A DNA stretch of 32,000 nt from Promethearchaeum syntrophicum. Its GTDB lineage: Archaea > Asgardarchaeota > Lokiarchaeia > Sigyniarchaeales > Promethearchaeaceae. Positions 26,491 to 32,000 of this stretch are shown piece after piece. Position 1 is the first letter of the stretch. Each line of letters starts with the position of its first letter. Under the pieces are notes generated by a model that saw only the letters and a program-made list of their open reading frames with translations, searched no databases and had not been told where the DNA came from. Location of the stretch: the NCBI RefSeq assembly GCF_008000775.2, contig NZ_CP042905.2, positions 3,750,001 through 3,782,000 of the forward strand, given 5' to 3'. The translations under genes and the position numbers were made by a program.

Positions 26491-27456
26491 CTAATCCTTT
26501 TTTCTTTTTATTTTTAGAATTATTCCAAAAGTAGCTACCGGAATTACTACAATCAATGATAAAATTGATGCACCACTAATAATGTTACCACCAGTTGCTT
26601 TATATGAATCAAGTGCAATTTTTAAAGCAGCCTCATCAACTGAAGCGCTCGCATTCATCCATTTATAATGGGTTTCATTATAATAATCAGAGAATACAGG
26701 ACTAGATTCATTAGTTCCTAATAATTTATCCAATGCAGTATTCATTCTATCTACTAGTGCAGTTGAACCTTTCTGACATGCAATCCCAAAAGCTTCAGGA
26801 CTGAATCGGTCAACGATTTCAAAATTTCCTGGATTTATGGCTTGTCCAGCCACTAATGTAGCATCATCACCTAAAACTACATCAACAGCACCAGAATCTA
26901 ATGCTTCAATTGCGAGTGTAATTGTTGCATATGTAACCATTTCCGATACATATTCTTCATCTTCTAAATACCATTGACTAGTTGTAGTGGCTTGTACCCC
27001 AACTTTAACACTAGTATCATTTACATCTCCTATTGTAGAAATATTCTTTGGATTAGCAGTTGTTACCATTACTGATTGGGTACTAAAGTAATACCATCGA
27101 GTAAAATCCATTGATTCCATTCGTTCAGATGTAATAGTGACAGCTGACATAACACAATCATAATTCCCTGCTGCTAAGCTTGTGAAAATTACATCCCATG
27201 ATACATCTCTATATTCAATCTCAATATCCATATCCTCTGCTATAAAAGCCATTATATCAGGATCAAAACCGTAAATCTCTTCGGTTGTAGTATTTTTCAT
27301 TTCAAATGGCGGATATCCTGCTTCACATGCAACTACCATCTTTCCTGCCGTAATAATATCATCAAGGCTTGTAACCTCTGCAGCTGAAGCGACAGAGATA
27401 GATGGGATTAATAATGCAAACATGAATATCCCAATAATTAATTTCTTGTTTTTCAA
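26491..27456 (-). CDS. Family-3 (polar amino acid) substrate-binding protein with N-terminal signal peptide and C-terminal TM anchor
   Basis: 321 aa. The signal peptide is MKNKKLIIGIFMFALLIPSISVASA. The SBP_bac_3-like core shows GYPPFE..GFDPDI..W..L..G.YD..MSAVTIT.ER. The C-terminal SILSLIVVIPVATFGIILKIKRKKD is a hydrophobic helix plus a basic tail. GGTGAT lies 5 nt upstream of the ATG. Confidence 0.88.
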   Translation of the reverse strand: MKNKKLIIGIFMFALLIPSISVASAAEVTSLDDIITAGKMVVACEAGYPPFEMKNTTTEEIYGFDPDIMAFIAEDMDIEIEYRDVSWDVIFTSLAAGNYDCVMSAVTITSERMESMDFTRWYYFSTQSVMVTTANPKNISTIGDVNDTSVKVGVQATTTSQWYLEDEEYVSEMVTYATITLAIEALDSGAVDVVLGDDATLVAGQAINPGNFEIVDRFSPEAFGIACQKGSTALVDRMNTALDKLLGTNESSPVFSDYYNETHYKWMNASASVDEAALKIALDSYKATGGNIISGASILSLIVVIPVATFGIILKIKRKKD

Positions 27457-27857
27457 TTTAGATCACCTTTTTATATTTAAAAAAATGCAAGTCGTTTAAT
27501 TTGCGATTAAAAGTTAGCTGAGTACAAATATAAAAGTTTGCTTCTGTTTTTTAGTTAAATTTGTTAGTATTTTAACCAAAAGTGAGCTTAAGAAAGATTT
27601 TTACTCAAAATGTAAAATTTTCACCACGTTTTTTCTGAAATGGGAAAAGAATGGGAGAAATACAAATATGGACCAATTTTATTGATAAAATTGAGGTTTT
27701 AGAACAAAATTGTATCTGCTTCAAATTATCTAAATTGGTTTACCATATGATTCTTTTTTTGAAAAAAATATCCCATTATGCATGGGGAATAAATTTTTTT
27801 TAAGCTTTGTAGCTTAATCCCAAAAACCATAAATGAAAATATAAAGCACTTTTGATG

Positions 27858-27890
27858 TATTTATAATGTAATTATAATGCAATTATAATG
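27858..27890 (+). repeat. Three tandem 11-bp direct repeats (TATTTATAATG / TAATTATAATG / CAATTATAATG)
   Basis: Read directly at 27858-27868, 27869-27879 and 27880-27890. Each unit carries a TATA-like TTATAA core, and the period is one helical turn. The repeats end 48 nt upstream of the ATG at 27938. Confidence 0.8.
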
Positions 27891-27937
27891 CACATCCTTA
27901 AATAGAAGCGAAATTTTTAATCCTTGGTTTTATAAAC

Positions 27938-28240
27938 ATGGAAATAACTACCGAAGCGAAATCATTTATAACAGAACAGTTTCAAGAAATTGAAAATCCA
28001 GTTTTGGTTGTATTTGAAAGAGTGTATCGAGGATGATGTGGGGTAGAGAGAGTTACCAGTGTAGTACCAGCGGATCTCAGCCAAATTCCTGATAAAGATC
28101 CCTTTACCCAAAAAACAATGGAGAACTTTCAATACCCACTATACCTTCAAAAAGAATTAGAACATCTATGGGGCAGCAAAACAAAAATTGATGTCGCTGG
28201 ATGGTCTGCATTTAGAAGATTAGTAATTATCCAAGGTTAA
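27938..28240 (+). CDS. HesB/IscA-like small protein with in-frame TGA (28034-28036), candidate selenocysteine
   Basis: My own translation is MEITTEAKSFITEQFQEIENPVLVVFERVYRG-[TGA]-CGVERVTSVVPADLSQIPDKDPFTQKTMENFQYPLYLQKELEHLWGSKTKIDVAGWSAFRRLVIIQG* (100 codons). It is absent from the ORF track because TGA splits it. The N-terminus and the G-[U]-C-G turn match the A-type carrier pattern (IscA ..SGCSG.., Cys35). Neither fragment is a credible gene alone. Confidence 0.6.
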
Positions 28241-28243
28241 AAT

Positions 28244-28318
28244 TTCATACGAATGAAGCAAATCTATAAACTTTGATGATTTGCAGACACCCAAAGCAAT
28301 TGGGATTGAGATTCATTT
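28244..28318 (+). promoter_or_regulatory. Structured 3' UTR: candidate SECIS-like stem-loop(s) with AUGA...GA arrangement, followed by a T6 tract
   Basis: A perfect 7-bp helix GCAAATC (28258-28264) / GATTTGC (28278-28284) closes a 13-nt loop TATAAACTTTGAT. ATGA (28253-28256) lies immediately 5' and A-GA (28285-28287) immediately 3'. A second hairpin is CCCAA (28290-28294) / TTGGG (28300-28304). AATGAA (28252-28257) can alternatively pair with TTCATT (28312-28317). T6 is at 28316-28321. Confidence 0.35.
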
Positions 28319-28334
28319 TTTAGCATATTTTTTA

Positions 28335-29204
28335 TTATAATTTTACTATTTTATCCATCGAACCGCTTGAAAACCCAGATAAATCTATTGTGACAAAGGC
28401 AAAGCCCATTTTTTTTAAATTGGAATTTACATCCTCTCTAATTCCTCTATTATTTATTAATTCAATTAACCTTGCATCCGATTCAATACGAGCGAGTAAT
28501 AAATCTGATGGTAAAAGCTTATGAATTCGAACTCTTAAAGGAACTGTGGTGTTTTTAATTAATGTTCTGAGAAAAATTTCCGCTTTATCAATTTTATTAA
28601 GCAGATCTACAGTTATTTCCGTATTATAAGGAATTCTTGATGCTAAACATGCTTGAGAAGATATATTTCGGGAGGGTAATGATAAGATTTGAGTAAGGGT
28701 AATAATATCAGATTTAGTAAATTTCCCTTCTGCTAAAGGAGATTGAACATTACTCTCTTTTAAGGCCAATAAACCAGGTCTATGAAGCCCTAGATCCGAA
28801 AAATTAGTGCCATCAATAACTAAATCATGTCCATCATGTTTTGCAATTTCGATCAATATGTCTAAAATTCTTTTTTTGCAATGATAACATCGATTTGGTA
28901 AATTCTCACGAATTTCCCTTATTTGGAGACTATTTAGAGTATATATTGTTATTGGGATATTGAGGAGTGTGGAAAATTGTTTCGCTTGATTAATTTCTTG
29001 CGTAGGAGTTAAGGGGGAGTAAATGAAAACTCCTTTCACTTCCTTGCCAAATTTTTTAGCAAAAAATAATACAAGAGTAGAATCAATTCCGCCTGAAAAT
29101 GCAACAAGAATCTTCTTTCCACTGAAAAAACTTTTTACAATTCGAATTTTTTCTTTCAGGATTTCTGGGATATCTTCTCTACTTAAAATTGTCATTACAA
29201 CCAA
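28335..29204 (-). CDS. LarE-family PP-loop ATP-dependent sulfur transferase (TIGR00268-type ATP-utilising enzyme)
   Basis: 289-aa ORF. The PP-loop is ILVAFSGGIDSTLV. NRCYHCKK, SSQACLASRIPY and RVRIH....LARIE are blocks I recognise from the LarE/TIGR00268 family. The probable true start is ATG 29195 (MTILS) rather than TTG 29204. Confidence 0.75.
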   Translation of the reverse strand: MVVMTILSREDIPEILKEKIRIVKSFFSGKKILVAFSGGIDSTLVLFFAKKFGKEVKGVFIYSPLTPTQEINQAKQFSTLLNIPITIYTLNSLQIREIRENLPNRCYHCKKRILDILIEIAKHDGHDLVIDGTNFSDLGLHRPGLLALKESNVQSPLAEGKFTKSDIITLTQILSLPSRNISSQACLASRIPYNTEITVDLLNKIDKAEIFLRTLIKNTTVPLRVRIHKLLPSDLLLARIESDARLIELINNRGIREDVNSNLKKMGFAFVTIDLSGFSSGSMDKIVKL

Positions 29205-29345
29205 CTATTCATATCGTGGGGGGTAATAATCCACAGGTTCGAAATTCTTAATTCCAGCTTCACAGATCTCACATTTATCAGGAGGGAGTTCAGTTTTTTC
29301 TTTCGATGTCCAACCACATTTTTCACAACGCCATAAACATTTCAT
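29205..29345 (-). CDS. Zinc-ribbon (rubredoxin-like) microprotein, 46 aa
   Basis: My own translation is MKCLWRCEKCGWTSKEKTELPPDKCEICEAGIKNFEPVDYYPPRYE*. It has two CxxC knuckles 14 residues apart. The stop (29205-29207) abuts the start region of the LarE-family gene. It is below the ORF-track length cutoff. Confidence 0.5.
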   Translation of the reverse strand: MKCLWRCEKCGWTSKEKTELPPDKCEICEAGIKNFEPVDYYPPRYE

Positions 29346-29450
29346 TTTTTTAGATCACTATTTGAACAATAATGAATGAATAAATATAAAATCATAAAAT
29401 AAAATAAAACTAAGTTAAAAAAAAAAATGTTCAAAAAAATTACTTAAAAA

Positions 29451-30002
29451 TTAACTTCCGTTTAATAATACCTCTAAATCTTTTGTATTCAATGGACCAT
29501 CACCGCAAAAATAACCACAGCCAGAATCTTGATATTTTTCAATTTCAAAACTTAAAGGAACGACGTATTTTCTTAAAGAATCAATAATATAATTAACATG
29601 GATATCAACGATTGCCTTATCCTTTCTTAAGCACGAATCAATAAATTTTTCAATTGTAGTAACATTTGGAGCAATAATTTCTATTAACATGTTGAATTTC
29701 CCTGTAATTTTGAAACAATTTACAATATATGGACATTTTCTAAATTTCGTCCAAAGTGCTTCAACATTTTTTACGGATAAATCTATTCGGGCCAATTTTA
29801 TATCCAATTTATTAAATTCTGCTCCAATCACTTCAGATAAAAGAAATTTTCGTTTCAATTTTATTATTCGTGCTCCCACTGCGGGTTGACTTTTATTAAC
29901 TTTTTCAGAAATTGCAGAATGGGTCATTTCGGGGTTTTTTTCTAATAATTCTATAATCTTTTTATCTGTATCATCAATTTCGAGTATCTCATTGTATTTC
30001 AT
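29451..30002 (-). CDS. Lrp/AsnC-family transcriptional regulator with C-terminal Cys-containing extension (paralog 1)
   Basis: 183 aa. The N-terminal wHTH is IDDTDKKIIELLEKNPEMTHSAISEKVNKSQPAVGARIIKLKRKFLL, followed by a RAM-like alpha/beta domain (CPYIVNCFKITGKFNMLIEI) and a tail ..QDSGCGYFCGDG. Confidence 0.8.
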   Translation of the reverse strand: MKYNEILEIDDTDKKIIELLEKNPEMTHSAISEKVNKSQPAVGARIIKLKRKFLLSEVIGAEFNKLDIKLARIDLSVKNVEALWTKFRKCPYIVNCFKITGKFNMLIEIIAPNVTTIEKFIDSCLRKDKAIVDIHVNYIIDSLRKYVVPLSFEIEKYQDSGCGYFCGDGPLNTKDLEVLLNGS

Positions 30003-30262
30003 GGTGTCTCATTTTTGTTTGTTTTTTGGCATATTAGTATGTTACGAATTTTGTTCATATTAATTTGGTTGAAATATTAGTTGGAAATATAACATATTTT
30101 TTGTTTCCATTTACTATGATCATAAAAAAATTCAATACATTTAATCCTTAGGGCTTAATTCCAATAGTTTTATTGAATAAAAGCTTAATATCGAAAATGT
30201 TTTCCCTTAGAAATTTTAAAGAAAATAATATAGATCCATTTTAGAGAAAAAATGATAATTAA

Positions 30263-30826
30263 TTAACTGATAGATTTTATTTTAATTTTTTTCGCATCAG
30301 CTTTTTCGCAATAGGGGCAAGATACAATTCCACATAATTCATCAGGACTATCAAAATTCTCTATTGTAAAATCAACCGGAAGTATAAATGGCTCAGCAAA
30401 ATCTGTGATTAAATCCATTTTAATTTTTTTAACGAATTCTTTATTTCTAAAATGCTTATCTAAAATAATATCTAATCTTTTAAGGGATGAACAAGCCATG
30501 AAAATCATCACATTATAATCCCCACTTAATTTTAGGGCATTAATTATGTATGGACAAGAATCAACCATGTCAAATACGAATTGAGGTTGTGTTATTGACA
30601 ATTCTATTTTGACTAAATTGAGCGAGGATGATACAAGATCTTTGGAAAAATCAACTCCAATCTGAGTAGCTAGAACCCCTTTTTCAGATAATTTTTTTAT
30701 TCGAGCTCCAATTGCTGGTTGAGATCTTTCCAAGTTTTTTGCTATTTGGCTATGGGTAATAGATGGATTCTTTTGAAGAGTTTCGATTATTCTTTTATCT
30801 ATATCATCAAGTTTTGTTAATTTCAT
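30263..30826 (-). CDS. Lrp/AsnC-family transcriptional regulator with C-terminal Cys-containing extension (paralog 2)
   Basis: 187 aa. It is colinear with paralog 1: LDDIDKRIIETLQKNPSITHSQIAKNLERSQPAIGARIKKLSEKGVL, then CPYIINALKLSGDYNVMIFM, with a tail ..ELCGIVSCPYCEK. Confidence 0.8.
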   Translation of the reverse strand: MKLTKLDDIDKRIIETLQKNPSITHSQIAKNLERSQPAIGARIKKLSEKGVLATQIGVDFSKDLVSSSLNLVKIELSITQPQFVFDMVDSCPYIINALKLSGDYNVMIFMACSSLKRLDIILDKHFRNKEFVKKIKMDLITDFAEPFILPVDFTIENFDSPDELCGIVSCPYCEKADAKKIKIKSIS

Positions 30827-30875
30827 TTAATCACTTTTAATTTACCTTTTTAGAATTTAACGAAAAAGGATTTAT

Positions 30876-31544
30876 CTATAATTTTTTATCTTGAATTTCT
30901 GATATTTCTTTGGATTTCTTCATTAGTAATTCGGTTAATCCTTGAAATGATTCTTCTACATTTTCTCCTGTTTTAGCAGAAAGTTCTGTATGATTAGTTA
31001 ATAAAAATTCATCCGCTTTTTGAGAAGCTTCTTCAAAACTAATTTGACGATGATCTACCAAATCTTTTTTACTACCGATTAGGAAAATTGGAATATTTCC
31101 GGCATTTTTTCTGATGATTTGGATCCAAACTGATAGACTTTCAAGGGTCTTATGAGAGGTTATATCGTATAGAAAGAATGCAGCATTGCTTCCTTTACTA
31201 TAAGTTGGTAAAAGAAATCTGAAGCGTTCTTCGCCTCCAAAATCCCATATTTGTATCTTAACTGATTTATTATTATCTAATCTAATCTTTTTTGAGAAGA
31301 AATCGACACCTATTGTTAATCTTGGTGAGTCTACAAACACGCCAGTAATATATCTATGTGTCAGTGAAGTTTTCCCAACACTTGCATCCCCTAGCATTAA
31401 TAATTTAAATGTAAAATCTGGTGACATTGTTCTCAAATTTTTGTTTATGTTATTAGATTGTAGAATTAATGTTAAATAATCATTGATCGTTATTAAAAAT
31501 TTTATAGCTTTTTTTGAAGATCGAGAGTGAGATTGCAATATCAT
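30876..31544 (-). CDS. Ras-superfamily small GTPase, Rab-like
   Basis: The track ORF is 222 aa; the probable true start is ATG 31427 (MSPDFTFKLLMLGDASVGKT, 183 aa). G1 is GDASVGKT. The switch I/RabF1-like motif is TIGVDF. G3 is WDFGGEERF, G4 is GSKKD, and G5 is LSAKTG. FLYDIT resembles RabF5. There is no C-terminal prenylation Cys. Confidence 0.88.
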   Translation of the reverse strand: MILQSHSRSSKKAIKFLITINDYLTLILQSNNINKNLRTMSPDFTFKLLMLGDASVGKTSLTHRYITGVFVDSPRLTIGVDFFSKKIRLDNNKSVKIQIWDFGGEERFRFLLPTYSKGSNAAFFLYDITSHKTLESLSVWIQIIRKNAGNIPIFLIGSKKDLVDHRQISFEEASQKADEFLLTNHTELSAKTGENVEESFQGLTELLMKKSKEISEIQDKKL

Positions 31545-31632
31545 CGTAAGAATAATTTCTACCTCAATGCAAAACTATAACAACTCTCGATCGCGTTTTA
31601 AAATGATTTTTCCCATATATTTGATTAGTATT

Positions 31633-32000
31633 TCAAAATAAATTGTCCAATTTTTCATGGCGTTTGGTTAAAAAAGTCCCAAAATATGATTTAAATGGCA
31701 AAGAAATTTCAATATTTCCGGAAATTTTATTTTTTTTCAGTGATGTATTCATTTTTCTTTCAAGAGATGACAAATGTTTTATCTTAAATTGGGATTCTAG
31801 TTGGTTAGTTATTAATTCAATTTCTGTATCTGGCAAATGCGCTCGTATATGTGCTTCTATTTGGGGTAATGGAATTGTACACTGAGGATTTATATGAGAA
31901 ATTGGAAACAAAATATTTGCGATTAAATTAATTCTCTTCTTTACATAATTAGAATCTACATTAGATAAAAATTCAAATCTCACAGGGACATCATAGGGAG
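31633..32000 (-). CDS. Hypothetical protein, 5'-partial (frame stays open to the right window edge)
   Basis: The track ORF 31633-31983 starts at a GTG, but the frame continues without a stop through nt 32000 (..PYDVPVRFEFLSN..). No motif was recognised. Confidence 0.45.
   Translation of the reverse strand, partial: PYDVPVRFEFLSNVDSNYVKKRINLIANILFPISHINPQCTIPLPQIEAHIRAHLPDTEIELITNQLESQFKIKHLSSLERKMNTSLKKNKISGNIEISLPFKSYFGTFLTKRHEKLDNLF

Noticed and set aside
27651-27803. 50-codon ORF (MGEIQIWTNFIDKIEVLEQNCICFKLSKLVYHMILFLKKISHYAWGINFF) in the long spacer upstream of the TGA-containing gene
   Set aside because: It has no SD-like box, no motif and no recognisable fold signature. An ORF of this length is within chance expectation. 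It is not reported as a gene and would need conservation or Ribo-seq evidence.
30082-30109. Inverted repeat TGGAAA-N16-TTTCCA and nearby GAAATAT direct repeats upstream of Lrp paralog 1; a possible autoregulatory operator
   Set aside because: The arms are only 6 bp in very AT-rich DNA, and I cannot distinguish this from chance without comparative data. It is noted only as a place to look if the regulators are studied.
31428-31544. 39-codon N-terminal extension of the GTPase ORF in the track (MILQSHSRSSKKAIKFLITINDY...)
   Set aside because: Small GTPases begin a few residues before the G1 P-loop. The internal ATG at 31427 gives the canonical MSPDFTFKLLMLGDASVGKT start, so the extension is probably untranslated leader.

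Overview
This is a visibly AT-rich 32-kb chromosomal segment that looks archaeal. The hallmarks are Lrp/AsnC-type regulators, TATA-like boxes close to start codons, a tRNA without encoded CCA, and an IS1341-type tnpB. A Rab-like small GTPase together with an [FeFe]-hydrogenase points to an Asgard (Loki-type) archaeon, but that is inference only. Content from left to right: (i) 1-5364(-) encodes a secreted S8 protease of more than 1788 aa. It is absent from the supplied ORF track because it is open at the window edge. Its C-terminal part is built from near-identical 282-bp FN3-coding tandem repeats. (ii) Next come an Isf-like flavoprotein, a class I/II aminotransferase, three tandem Hsp20 genes and an SRPBCC protein. 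(iii) A histidine-utilisation cluster follows, with hutU divergent from hutH-hutI-fhs and a duplicated-wHTH putative regulator behind hutU. (iv) A small 2Fe-2S protein and an [FeFe]-hydrogenase form an operon. (v) A decayed IS200/IS605 element (tnpA stub, tnpB with one in-frame TAA) sits next to tRNA-Trp(CCA). (vi) A SAM methyltransferase, a hypothetical gene and a polar-amino-acid ABC transporter follow. (vii) A hidden 100-codon HesB/IscA-like gene carries an in-frame TGA at the ligand-cysteine position (candidate selenocysteine) and has a structured 3' UTR with an AUGA...GA arrangement. (viii) The window ends with a LarE-family PP-loop ATPase abutted by a Zn-ribbon microprotein, two Cys-tailed Lrp/AsnC paralogs, and a Rab-like GTPase with non-canonical G3/G4 motifs. 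I saw no CRISPR array, rRNA or intact transposase. The observations I rank highest are the selenoprotein/SECIS candidate, the protease + transporter + hut-fhs + hydrogenase catabolic neighbourhood, the Rab-like GTPase cluster and the recently inactivated tnpB.
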